A stretch of DNA of 63,942 bases, the filler included, from a bacterium (GTDB lineage: Bacteria > JBBIVP01), in the NCBI GenBank assembly GCA_037439705.1. It is 3 parts of 3 records of this genome, joined end to end, with 100 filler letters (N's around TTAATTAATTAA, not from the genome) between each part and the next. Parts side by side here need not be neighbours in the genome. Positions count along the whole stretch, not along the records: positions 29,218 to 57,306 come from JBBIVP010000004.1; 2 more parts are not named here. One strand, given 5' to 3'. Every line of letters starts with the position of its first letter. Within the stretch, counting starts at the first letter, position 1. Below, one piece after another: positions 29,896 to 38,904 of the stretch. The translations under genes were made by a program, and so were the position numbers. The notes below the pieces were generated by a model. That model had not been told where the DNA came from and did not search any database. It saw only the letters and a list, made by a program, of their open reading frames with translations.

Positions 29896-30293
29896 TTTGT
29901 ATCACTCCAATCCTTAAACCTCGGACCAGGTGGGGAGTCATTGGACCTCCCCCATCTTCCACCGATTTGAACCCATTCTTCTTCATAAAGGCATTTTACT
30001 TATGACTGAAACAAAAGAATTGAATAATATTCCCGACCCATTTTCCTTCATAAAAGCATTTCACCTCTGTCCGTATATTATCAGACCCTACTCCCTCCCT
30101 ATATGCAATACAAAGATGCCCTTCTCCATCAATTGCCATAGATTCAAATACTCCTGTGAAAGATGGAAAAGAAATGTCCTCCCATTCCAGCGCTCTTGCA
30201 TATCCATTAATAAAAAGTAAAATAAAAATGTAAAACAAAACCCACCACTCACCTCTCTCTTTCCATCCCTTTTATTTTTATTCTTACCTTCAT
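29889..30293 (-). pseudogene. Degraded gene for a secreted, possibly beta-propeller-like protein
   Basis: Pieces in several frames: MKVRIKIK / GWKERGEWWVLFYIFILLFINGYARA-LEWED...SMAIDGEGHLCIAY...VKCFYEGKWV* / VKCLYEEEWVQIGG...*. Confidence 0.5.
29970..30064. repeat. Two imperfect 30-bp direct repeats, 65-bp period
   Basis: aacccattcttcttcataaaggcattttac (29970-29999) vs gacccattttccttcataaaagcatttcac (30035-30064), 25/30 identical. Confidence 0.8.
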
Positions 30294-30319
30294 ACTTCAC
30301 TCCCTCTTTTCATACTTCC

Positions 30320-30348
30320 ATTATAACTTCCCGGAAAACAAATGTCAG
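30320..30348 (-). promoter_or_regulatory. Sigma70-type promoter
   Basis: Minus strand CTGACA-N17-TATAAT, 6 nt before an ATG at 30313. Confidence 0.55.
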
Positions 30349-30509
30349 GCAAAATTTTTGTATGGTTTCTGAAAAAGGTAAAACGCTGTGTCATAATTCA
30401 AAAACTAATTGTTTCTTTCCCGTCTTAATCCTAAAAATGGCAAAATTTTATTCCTTTTATACTATTTTATCCCATCAAATTAAAAAGAGAGGAATTATGC
30501 CAGATCTTC

Positions 30510-31418
30510 TTATAGTATCAATTTTATCGCCCGCGGTACAATCCATGCTTTTAACGGAAGTGTTCCCACATCTTCTCCGTCCATATCAATTGGACATTTT
30601 CCTTCCAGAACCTCTGCATATATGTTTTTTCCTCTTGTATGATAAATTCCTTCTACTCCGAGATGGGTTCCCCTATATATTCTGGGGCCAAACCTCAGAA
30701 AGTCTTTGAGTCCTCCCCTTTTGAGTATTACTATATCAAATAGTCCATCTGAAGGGTCTGATAAAGGAGCGATATGCATCCCTCCTCCGAAGAATTGCCC
30801 TATGGCGATGACAAATCCAACAATTTTTTCCCTTTTTTCCTCGCCGTCTATTCTGTATTTCACAGTTGCTCCTTTATAGGAGGTAAGAGCTGAGATTGTT
30901 CCTGTTAAGAATGATACAAAACCCCCGAAAACTTTTGTGGTTCTGTTTACCCTCCACACAACCTCTCCGCCAATCCCAAAATCCGTGATGTTTATAAAAG
31001 CCCTTTTCTTCTCGTTTCCGTCCCATCCGATGAATTCGCATATTCCAGCATCAATAAAAACCTGTTTTCCAGATGGAATTCTGAAGCCCTTTTTTATTCC
31101 GAAAGCCTTCAAAAAATCCGCACCTGTTCCTGTTGATATAACTGAAAGTCCAACATCTTTTACAAACGAAGAATTTTCCAGAAGGAATCCGTTGACGACC
31201 TCATTGAGTGTTCCATCGCCACCAACGCATATTATATGTTTCGCTCCTTCCTCTATCGCCCTTTTTGTCAGTTCGGTAGCATGTAATTTTCTTTCTGTAA
31301 GTAAATATCTGAAATCCTCATAATGTTTTGAGAGTTCTTCAACTATAAATTTTAGATTCTTTCCCGTCTTTCCCCCTCCTGCCTTCGGATTTATAATAGC
31401 ATAAACCTTAGCCTTCAC
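30510..31418 (-). CDS. Diacylglycerol kinase family lipid kinase (YegS/DagK/BmrU)
   Basis: INPKAGGG, VGGDGTLNEVVNG, TGTGADF, FFGGGM, MDGE. Confidence 0.92.
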   Translation of the reverse strand: MKAKVYAIINPKAGGGKTGKNLKFIVEELSKHYEDFRYLLTERKLHATELTKRAIEEGAKHIICVGGDGTLNEVVNGFLLENSSFVKDVGLSVISTGTGADFLKAFGIKKGFRIPSGKQVFIDAGICEFIGWDGNEKKRAFINITDFGIGGEVVWRVNRTTKVFGGFVSFLTGTISALTSYKGATVKYRIDGEEKREKIVGFVIAIGQFFGGGMHIAPLSDPSDGLFDIVILKRGGLKDFLRFGPRIYRGTHLGVEGIYHTRGKNIYAEVLEGKCPIDMDGEDVGTLPLKAWIVPRAIKLIL

Positions 31419-32436
31419 CTTTTATCGCTTCATAAAAAAGGTCTATTATGTCATAAACCTCGGCTCCTGCTATTTCAAAATTCTTTCTGCATCCTGGACA
31501 GGATGTAATTATTGAATTTCCATCCTCAGCCTCCTTCAGTCTCATCCTCGTGATTTTTCTTACCATAATCGGGTCAACGAATTCCATGATTCCACCGCCA
31601 CAGCAGAAGGTGTTTTCTTTTGAGAAAAGGAATTCATGCGGCGGGTTTTCAAGGATGTATGAAAGGGCGACTCTAATATCGTCAATTTTTTCAAGAAACC
31701 TTGTCCTGTAGCAGGGGTCGTGATAATAAAAACTTTTATTAAACCTTTTCTTAATGACCGGAGAACTTTTTATAATTACTGAAATCAGGTCACGGGCGTT
31801 TGTAAATCCAAGAAATTCCCTGATGAACCACTCACATGTTGGACAGGCTGTTATTATTTCCTTTATTCCCTTCAATTTCTTTTTAAAATTTTTTGTATAT
31901 TCCTCAAACTCCTCCATATATCCCATTGAATAAAGGGGAAAACCACAGCATTTTTCCATCCTTGAAAATTCTACTCCTGCATATCTTAAAAGTTCTTCTC
32001 CCCTTTCCATGGTTTGTCTGTAAAATCCGAGATATTTACATCCCGGGAAAAATACCCTCTCCATAAAGGATGATTTTCTGAATTCTATCTCATAAGGATT
32101 TCCGTCCTTCAAAAATCTTTCAAGAATCCTTCTGCTTCCATCATCCGCTAACCCATCCCTGTTTAACTGTTCCCTTCCAAAAGGAGTATAGGAGGAAATA
32201 TCTATTCCGTGAGCACATACGGTTTTACATGCCCTGCACAGCACGCAGGAGTAGATGGTTTTTCTGATTTCGGGATTCATTTCCGTTTTTTTGTTTAAAA
32301 TTTGGTAGAGGACAAAAGCCCTGAAGGTAGGAGTTCTGGCTTCATCCGCTGTTGCTTCTGAGGCAGGACAGACAAACCTGCACATCTTCGGGCAAAATGT
32401 GCAGTATTCTATCTCTCTGCTGAATTTCTTTATCAC
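31408..32436 (-). CDS. Fe-S oxidoreductase, 2x[4Fe-4S] plus CCG domains (GlpC/GlcF-like)
   Basis: CTFCPKMCRFVCP, CVLCRACKTVC, FPGC, CCGFP, HDPC, CCGGG, SCPGC. Confidence 0.9.
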   Translation of the reverse strand: MIKKFSREIEYCTFCPKMCRFVCPASEATADEARTPTFRAFVLYQILNKKTEMNPEIRKTIYSCVLCRACKTVCAHGIDISSYTPFGREQLNRDGLADDGSRRILERFLKDGNPYEIEFRKSSFMERVFFPGCKYLGFYRQTMERGEELLRYAGVEFSRMEKCCGFPLYSMGYMEEFEEYTKNFKKKLKGIKEIITACPTCEWFIREFLGFTNARDLISVIIKSSPVIKKRFNKSFYYHDPCYRTRFLEKIDDIRVALSYILENPPHEFLFSKENTFCCGGGIMEFVDPIMVRKITRMRLKEAEDGNSIITSCPGCRKNFEIAGAEVYDIIDLFYEAIKGEG

Positions 32437-33920
32437 AGCAGTTTCCCCGGATTCATTATGTTTTTCGGGTCAATGATGCTTTTTAAAGATTTTATTATTT
32501 CGTATCCCCTTCCGTGTTCGTCCCTGAGCCATTTCCTTTTAAGAACTCCGATGCCATGATGATGACTGATTGCTCCTCCGACTCTTATACATGCTTCCAT
32601 TGCATCGTTCCATATCTTTATGTATCTTTCCTTTCTTTCCTCCGGTTTTTTTCCTCCACCTATAAATGTGAAATAAATGTTGCATCCATCCTCGTATGCA
32701 TGGGAGAAGTGAGCCATTACAAGTGCATATTTTGAGATGGCTTTCTTTATTTCAAGATAGAGGTTATAAAGCTTATCCCATGGTGATGCCACTTCCATTG
32801 TATCAGCGAAGAGCCCCATGCTGAAAATCCTTGATAGACCGAATGAAATCGAATATCTGTGTTCAAACCATTTTCTTGCATGTGTTTCTCCTTCGTCTAT
32901 TCCCTTTTCTTCTCTGCATATTTCCCGGGCAATGTCCTGAGCGGTATAGACATTTCTTCTTGTTCCCTCAAAGACCATTATTAAAAGGCACTTTCTGCTA
33001 AATCTTTCAATGAATCTGTTTGCCATTGATGGGCTTCCAATTATCCACTTCAAAACCTTTTCTCCAAATCCTCCTCCTTTTTCTCCTCCTCCCATTGATG
33101 AGACAAGGGTATCCACAGGGTCATAAAGCCTTAAAACTGCAGGTTTTGCGCCAGCCCTCATTATCTTGCGAATTGCTGAAATTCCTGAACTCAAATCTTC
33201 AAAGAAAAATGAAGAAAATCCTCTGTGCTCTGGATATGGATGTATTTTCAAAACCGCAGAAGTTATTATTCCGAGAGTCCCCTCTGAGCCTATGAAAACC
33301 TGTTTGATATCAGGACCTGTTGCACCTCGGGGAGTTTCCTTTGTTCTTAAAACACTTCCATCTGGAAGAACAACCTCTAAAGCAGTGACCATATCTTCTA
33401 TTTTGCCGTAAAGGGTGGATGCTTGTCCTGCAGACCTGGTTGAGAGCCATCCTCCAACACAGGAACAGTAGATGGATGACGGAAAATGTCCGAGGGTGTA
33501 GCCCAGTCTGTTGAGCGTTCTTTCAAACCTTTCTCCGTTTTCACCTGCTTCAACCTCTACGAGGAGGGAATATTCGTTGAGATTCCTTATTCTATCCATG
33601 AGTTTTAGGTCAACTACTATTCCGCCGTTTACAGGGATGGTTCCTCCACATACTCCTGAGCCTCCTCCGTACGGTATAACAGGAATCTCATTTTCTGAAC
33701 AGAGTTTAAGGAGATTCACCACCTCCTTAACATCTTTTACCCATACCACAGCATCTGGAAGGTTGAGTGATTCTTCCTTCATTTCCTGAATCTCTATTAA
33801 TTTTAAAGGCCAGAGGTCTCTTGAATATGCAAGAAGATGGTTGGGAGAGGTTGAAATTCTTCCCTCCACTATTCTGGAGATAGCCTCAAATAAACTCTTT
33901 TCAAGTCTTTTTTTCTCCAT
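32433..33920 (-). CDS. FAD-linked oxidoreductase, alkyl-dihydroxyacetone-phosphate synthase (AGPS)-like
   Basis: PYGGGSGVCGG, TLGHFPSS, VGGWLSTRSAGQASTLYGKIEDMV, GSEGTLGIIT, HFSHAY, ISHHHGIG, NPGKL. Confidence 0.85.
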   Translation of the reverse strand: MEKKRLEKSLFEAISRIVEGRISTSPNHLLAYSRDLWPLKLIEIQEMKEESLNLPDAVVWVKDVKEVVNLLKLCSENEIPVIPYGGGSGVCGGTIPVNGGIVVDLKLMDRIRNLNEYSLLVEVEAGENGERFERTLNRLGYTLGHFPSSIYCSCVGGWLSTRSAGQASTLYGKIEDMVTALEVVLPDGSVLRTKETPRGATGPDIKQVFIGSEGTLGIITSAVLKIHPYPEHRGFSSFFFEDLSSGISAIRKIMRAGAKPAVLRLYDPVDTLVSSMGGGEKGGGFGEKVLKWIIGSPSMANRFIERFSRKCLLIMVFEGTRRNVYTAQDIAREICREEKGIDEGETHARKWFEHRYSISFGLSRIFSMGLFADTMEVASPWDKLYNLYLEIKKAISKYALVMAHFSHAYEDGCNIYFTFIGGGKKPEERKERYIKIWNDAMEACIRVGGAISHHHGIGVLKRKWLRDEHGRGYEIIKSLKSIIDPKNIMNPGKLL

Positions 33921-33921
33921 T

Positions 33922-34281
33922 TTAAGAATTTGTTTCTTTAAATTTCGTCAAAACTTTAGCATTTGAAAGGTTGACTCCGAAAGGACATACCTCTTCTCCA
34001 GAAAGAAACTCATCAACTGGAAAGGTTTCATATTGAGCGATGTCCCTTATTATGTGAGGAAGAAGGGAAATTCCCTTTTTCCCTTTTATCTCGCAGTACC
34101 CGCAGGAGATACATTTCTCCATGGACAATATTACTTCCTGAATTTCTGGTGAGAGCGGATAGATACCATCCTCCGCATAGTTTTTGATGAAACTTTTTTC
34201 TCCTTTCCTCATTCCTAAAATTTTTTTGACCTGTGCGAGAATGAAGTTGAAGGCGAGAAAAAGCCATGATTTCAGCATCAC
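33922..34281 (-). CDS. Small Cys-containing ferredoxin-like protein
   Basis: CISCGYC and a later CPFGV. ATGA-coupled to the upstream gene; 1 nt from the downstream gene. Confidence 0.65.
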   Translation of the reverse strand: MMLKSWLFLAFNFILAQVKKILGMRKGEKSFIKNYAEDGIYPLSPEIQEVILSMEKCISCGYCEIKGKKGISLLPHIIRDIAQYETFPVDEFLSGEEVCPFGVNLSNAKVLTKFKETNS

Positions 34282-34721
34282 TCCATCCCTTTTTCTTTTA
34301 TCACTCCAAAAATCTCTTTTTTATCCTTCGCTTTCAGAATGGAATTGTAGTTCTTCTTTTCCCTGAAGAAATTTGATACGAGAGAGAGTGCTTTTACAAA
34401 CCTTGCTGCGGATTCGTTATCACCGATGAGCATAAAGATGATATGGATTCCATTAATTCCGTTTTTTGCCCTTCCCATCGCACCTTTTACTCCAATGGAA
34501 ACATTGTCAAATCTTAAATGCGGTATGAGAACACCTCCTATAGCCTCTTCCTTTAACTCTTTTTCCTTTTTTAAAATTCCCGATGAAATCTCTTCTGGAC
34601 TCACAATATTTTCTATTCCTTTTGAGATGACCAGTGCGAGTTCTTCTATTGCGGATTTAATGTCCTTTCCCTTCAACTCCTCAATAATGGACTCTTCCGA
34701 GAGAAAATCTGTTATATTCAT
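34278..34721 (-). CDS. ptsN: PTS IIA(Ntr)-like protein, divergent
   Basis: MNITDFLSEESIIEEL start, GVLIPH phospho-His motif, HIIFML; directly follows hpf. Confidence 0.75.
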   Translation of the reverse strand: MNITDFLSEESIIEELKGKDIKSAIEELALVISKGIENIVSPEEISSGILKKEKELKEEAIGGVLIPHLRFDNVSIGVKGAMGRAKNGINGIHIIFMLIGDNESAARFVKALSLVSNFFREKKNYNSILKAKDKKEIFGVIKEKGME

Positions 34722-35224
34722 TTTTTCTTTTGAACTATTATTCCGTAAGACATTTTCCCCTTTCTATATACCACCGCCATCTCTCCGCTTTCTTCATCAA
34801 GGAAGGCGAGGAAGGGAAGATTGAATTCTTTCAGTTGAAGGACTGCCTCTTCCTTTGACATTGGTTTTGAGTCAAGTTCTTCTATTTCAAGCGTTTCTTC
34901 TTCAACTCTTTCAGCAGGCAACTCGGGTGTTTTTCTTTTTCTTTCTACAATTTTTTCCTTCTTTTTTCTTAGCTGAACCTTGATGGTATCCTTGATGAGG
35001 TCAATAGAGGATAGGGCATCCTTTGCTTTTTCCTTACAATATATGTTGAAGATTTTTGAACGGATGGTGCATTCCAGATTAACTCCATCTGAATCCCTGG
35101 AAAATATAAAGGACACATTGGCAGGGTCTTTGAGGCTTTTTTTAAGAAAAGCAACCCTTTTTTCCAGATAGGCTTTTGCCATTTCATCTTCTTCCATATC
35201 CCGGAATTTCACAGTGAATTCCAT
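34718..35224 (-). CDS. hpf: Ribosome hibernation promoting factor (long form)
   Basis: S30AE-like N-domain and C-terminal KPMSKEEAVLQL...VVYRK...YGII. SD GGAGG before ATG 35224. Confidence 0.85.
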   Translation of the reverse strand: MEFTVKFRDMEEDEMAKAYLEKRVAFLKKSLKDPANVSFIFSRDSDGVNLECTIRSKIFNIYCKEKAKDALSSIDLIKDTIKVQLRKKKEKIVERKRKTPELPAERVEEETLEIEELDSKPMSKEEAVLQLKEFNLPFLAFLDEESGEMAVVYRKGKMSYGIIVQKKK

Positions 35225-35472
35225 TCTTTCCTCCTTTTTTCTTTGCTCATAGTTAAAGATTACACCATTCTTATTTTTTTTCAAATTAAAAATTTATTAC
35301 CCATCCTGTGTGCTTCTATATTTTTTATCTTTTTGGCGAGCCAAATCTCCAAGCCCTTCCTTAAGGAGAACCATAAAATTATAAATCCCTTGGTTTAAAA
35401 AGCGCCGAGCCCCTGAATTATCTCATTCAAAATTGTAAAATGTAGCATAAGTATATAACTTGTATATTCCAC

Positions 35473-35501
35473 TTGACAATATATCAAAAAGAGTGTATCT
35501 A
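35473..35501 (+). promoter_or_regulatory. Possible promoter of the PadR operon
   Basis: Perfect TTGACA at 35473-35478, N17, weak -10 TATCTA; SD GAGGT before ATG 35512. Confidence 0.5.
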
Positions 35502-35511
35502 TTAGAGGTAT

Positions 35512-36192
35512 ATGGGTTTAGCAGAGGCAATACTCGGGCTTTTATACGAGAAGCCCAAAACGGGTTATGAGATAAAGAAGTTCTATAGAGACACCATAAG
35601 GCATTTCTGGAATGTGAGTGACGGTCAGCTCTACCCAACCCTTAAAAAAATGACAGAGGAAGGTTTGATTGTAAAGAAGGAAACCAGAGAAGATGAGGGA
35701 TTGAAAAAGCACATCTACTCAATTACACAGAAGGGAAAAGACAGGTTTATGGCATGGCTTAAAAAACCGGTGGACAAATTTGAGGAGATGAAGGAGCCGT
35801 TTCTCATCAAACTCTTCTTTTTTGACAGGCTCTCAGACGAGGACAAACTTTATCACCTTAAGGTTCAGCTTGATGTTCATCAGGAGGTTTTGAATGAGTT
35901 TCTTGATGTTAAAAAGTTTTATGATGAGACCCTTTCGGAATATCAGAAAATCATCATTGACCTGGGAATCCTTTATGTTCAGGTAAGAATTTTTCTCCTT
36001 TTGAGGCTTACGGATATTATAAAAAACAAAAAGCAAGAACCCTTCCTTCCCGAAAGAATGCCCGAGCTTTTGTGGAAACTCTATCACATAATTTTTTCCG
36101 GTGAAAAACTTGAAAAGTATTTTAAAAACGAATTTTTCAACCTTAAGGTAGAGGAAATAGAAAAAACATTTGGGAGGAGAGATGAAAAATAA
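35512..36192 (+). CDS. PadR family transcriptional regulator (AphA/PadR-s1 type)
   Basis: AILGLL...TGYEIKK...FW...GQLYPTL...YSITQKG...FLIKLFF. Confidence 0.93.
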   Translation: MGLAEAILGLLYEKPKTGYEIKKFYRDTIRHFWNVSDGQLYPTLKKMTEEGLIVKKETREDEGLKKHIYSITQKGKDRFMAWLKKPVDKFEEMKEPFLIKLFFFDRLSDEDKLYHLKVQLDVHQEVLNEFLDVKKFYDETLSEYQKIIIDLGILYVQVRIFLLLRLTDIIKNKKQEPFLPERMPELLWKLYHIIFSGEKLEKYFKNEFFNLKVEEIEKTFGRRDEK

Positions 36193-37279
36193 AAAGGTGG
36201 TGATTGTAGGGGCAGGATTGAGCGGACTTACCGCAGGGATTTTTCTTGCAAAAAGGGATTATGATGTTCTCATTGTTGAAAGGGGAAAGGGAATAGGAGA
36301 GGGAGACCCATTTCACCCATCCCTTCATGTGACACCCTGTGACCTCCTTTATCTAAAAAGGGAAGTGGAGATAGAATTTGAGAAGGTTTTTAAGACCATA
36401 AAATGGACGAAGTTGTGGACGCTTGATAAACCCTGGATATCGGATGACCCGCTTGTTATGGGAATAGAAAGGGGAAAAAGGGAAAGTTCTGTGGATTACT
36501 TTCTTTACAATGAGGCAAAGAAACTCGGTGTTAAATTTAATTTCTCAACTGAAATAAAAAAGATTGACGACGTGCCTCCCGGTTCTATAATTGCAACGGG
36601 ATTTAACAAGAAAGTATATTCTTTATTCGGAAGGAAATGCTCTGACCTTGATGGATTTTATTACAGAAAACCTTCAAAAGAAGAGGAGGAAGGAACCGCT
36701 CACCTCTTTGCGGGATATTATACAACGGACTATTTTTACAGGACAAGTCTCAACGGAATCACATTTGGTCTTCTCTTTTCAAGGAAGCCTATAACAAAGA
36801 AAGGAGAGGAAGAGTGGCTAAAGGATATGGAAGAGAAGATAGGTGAGGTTCCTGAAAAATACATCCGCTTCAGGGCTTCAATGGATTTGAGCAAACCAAT
36901 TCTTTTTTTCAACGACAGAATATGTGCTGGAACATTTTCCGCAACGATTGACCCATCACTCGGATTTGGTATCTTCGGCGCAATTCTTTCAGGAAAAATT
37001 GCAGGGATAGCAGTTTACGATAAGGAAAAGGCTTTAAAGGAATTTAAGAGGGTAAACAGATTTTTCCACATAGTCAAATTTCTATGGTATGATAATCAGT
37101 GGACTCCTTACAGGTTACATCTTGCAAAAATTCAGATGCGGTTCTGGCGGCTTTTTTATCCCATGCTTTTGATTACAGGAAGGTCAATACCTGGATTTCC
37201 GCAAAACTACATGATTCATGGGTTTAAGAGAACAAGACCATATAAAGAGGAGGTAGAGCAATGCCGAGAATATACATAA
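36182..37279 (+). CDS. NAD(P)/FAD-dependent oxidoreductase (geranylgeranyl-reductase/FixC-like)
   Basis: VVIVGAGLSGLTA Rossmann fold, IIATG, IDPSLGFGIFGAILSG. SD GGAGG before ATG 36182. Confidence 0.8.
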   Translation: MKNKKVVIVGAGLSGLTAGIFLAKRDYDVLIVERGKGIGEGDPFHPSLHVTPCDLLYLKREVEIEFEKVFKTIKWTKLWTLDKPWISDDPLVMGIERGKRESSVDYFLYNEAKKLGVKFNFSTEIKKIDDVPPGSIIATGFNKKVYSLFGRKCSDLDGFYYRKPSKEEEEGTAHLFAGYYTTDYFYRTSLNGITFGLLFSRKPITKKGEEEWLKDMEEKIGEVPEKYIRFRASMDLSKPILFFNDRICAGTFSATIDPSLGFGIFGAILSGKIAGIAVYDKEKALKEFKRVNRFFHIVKFLWYDNQWTPYRLHLAKIQMRFWRLFYPMLLITGRSIPGFPQNYMIHGFKRTRPYKEEVEQCREYT

Positions 37280-38055
37280 ACGACTGGCCCCCATTTTCGC
37301 CGCCTGACCAGTCAAGGAGAAACAATGTGATAGAGGCGGCAAAACTCATTGTGAATGCAGCGATGACAGCTCCAAATGCTGGCGGGGTTTCTCAGGTTGA
37401 GGCCGAGATAGTTTACGGAATGGAGGAACAGGAGCAGATAGCAAGGAAGATGGAGGATCTCGCTCATGAGGAATCACAGGAACACATCTCCCATTTGTAC
37501 AAATATGAGGCTGTTATGGTGAGGGAAGCAGACTGCATAGTTTTTCTTGGAGATTTCAGGACGATAGAAACGCCAATGGATGCGGGATGCGGGTTCTGCT
37601 ATGGGGTTGATGATTGCAGGTGGCTTTACACAAAACATCCATCATACATGGGGCTCATTGATGCAACGGACAGGAGGTCAAAAACCGTTGTGAAGGGGCC
37701 ACTTTGCGGGGTGAGGGTTCAGGATTTTGGATATGCCATAGGCTCTGCAATGTGGATGGCTTACCACCTTATGATTGATGCAAGACCATATTACACAGTT
37801 GGAGTGGCAGGACAGAAGCTCGGTTATTGCCCCAATTCTCCAATTGTCGTTGGAATCCTTCTTGCAGCCCTCTCAAAGAATCCTTTCGTTGATGTGAATA
37901 CTGCTTACCACCTTGTGAACATGAGCAAATTGATTGATGCGGTTAGAAAAACCTACATCCTTTTCAGACAGTCTGGCGGAGATTACAGAATTTCTGACCC
38001 GTGGGCTGAGATTTTCAGGGAAAGGAAAAAGAAGGAAAAGAAAGAAGAAAAGTAG
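37261..38055 (+). CDS. DUF2148 ferredoxin-domain protein (paralog 1)
   Basis: AAMTAP, CGFCYGVDDC, GPLC, DFGYAIGSA, IDARPYYTVGVA, SKNPF. Confidence 0.8.
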   Translation: MPRIYINDWPPFSPPDQSRRNNVIEAAKLIVNAAMTAPNAGGVSQVEAEIVYGMEEQEQIARKMEDLAHEESQEHISHLYKYEAVMVREADCIVFLGDFRTIETPMDAGCGFCYGVDDCRWLYTKHPSYMGLIDATDRRSKTVVKGPLCGVRVQDFGYAIGSAMWMAYHLMIDARPYYTVGVAGQKLGYCPNSPIVVGILLAALSKNPFVDVNTAYHLVNMSKLIDAVRKTYILFRQSGGDYRISDPWAEIFRERKKKEKKEEK

Positions 38056-38064
38056 GAGGAGAAG

Positions 38065-38889
38065 ATGGCGATAAAATTTGAAAAACTTCAGGAGGAAACA
38101 TTAATAGATGTGGCAAAACTGTGTGCTACTTCTGTCCTCAAAGCCCCACAGATAACAGGAAGGGTAAAGTTTGAGATGGAGATTCTTAAAATGGATGAAC
38201 TGCCAAATCTGATAGAGGCACTGATGATTCTTGGAAGGCTTCATATGTTCTGCATGCTTTCAGCTGCTGCCTATTCAACGGTTCTTCAGGAAGGAAAGCC
38301 CGTGGTAATTCTTTTAATAGGGGCATCCGGATTGAGAACCTCTGAATTGAACTGGAACTGCGGAGCCTGCGGTTTCAAAACCTGTGGTGAATTTAATGCC
38401 TATTCAAAGACGATAAAAGAACCTCCTCCGGGAGCGCTCATTCACGGTCCTGTATGTAACTGGAAGATGATCGATTACGCACAGGGATGCACATGGGCGT
38501 GTGCTACTGCATGGGCAAATAACATAACGAACAGGATTGAAATAGCCTCTGGAATGGCTGCAAAGGCAATAGGTTATCTTGAGAACTGCGATGTGGTTCA
38601 CGGACTCCCGCTTGGTCCAATGGAAGAACTTTACTGGTATTCAAGGAGGTTTATAAATCAGTTTATGACTTACGATATGTGGAAGGAGAGGCTTCAGGAT
38701 ATGTTCGGAGTTCTGTTCCAGACATTTGTTGGCGATGGAAGGGCGGACATTAAAATAACAGATGACTGGTGGATGAGGAGACATACGAACAAGGTTCAGC
38801 CAATTAATATGGAGGAATTTGAGGAAATGAATAAAGGAATTGCAAGGGATATTGAGGAATTGAAGAAGAGGGTTAAAGGTGGAAAATAA
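38065..38889 (+). CDS. DUF2148 ferredoxin-domain protein (paralog 2)
   Basis: KAPQITG, NCGACGFKTC, GPVC, ITNRIEIASGMAA, GLPL. Confidence 0.8.
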   Translation: MAIKFEKLQEETLIDVAKLCATSVLKAPQITGRVKFEMEILKMDELPNLIEALMILGRLHMFCMLSAAAYSTVLQEGKPVVILLIGASGLRTSELNWNCGACGFKTCGEFNAYSKTIKEPPPGALIHGPVCNWKMIDYAQGCTWACATAWANNITNRIEIASGMAAKAIGYLENCDVVHGLPLGPMEELYWYSRRFINQFMTYDMWKERLQDMFGVLFQTFVGDGRADIKITDDWWMRRHTNKVQPINMEEFEEMNKGIARDIEELKKRVKGGK

Positions 38890-38904
38890 AGAAGGAGGTT
38901 AGCC

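Noticed and set aside
29970-30064. 30-bp repeat with 35-bp spacer as a mini CRISPR array or a DGR TR/VR pair
   Set aside because: Only two copies, no dyad symmetry, no cas or reverse transcriptase gene. Mismatches are not adenine-specific and both copies encode a similar peptide.
35290-35425. Possible small ORF or ncRNA upstream of hpf
   Set aside because: Only a 25-codon minus-strand ORF and no recognisable 6S, riboswitch or other structure by eye; an Rfam scan would be needed.
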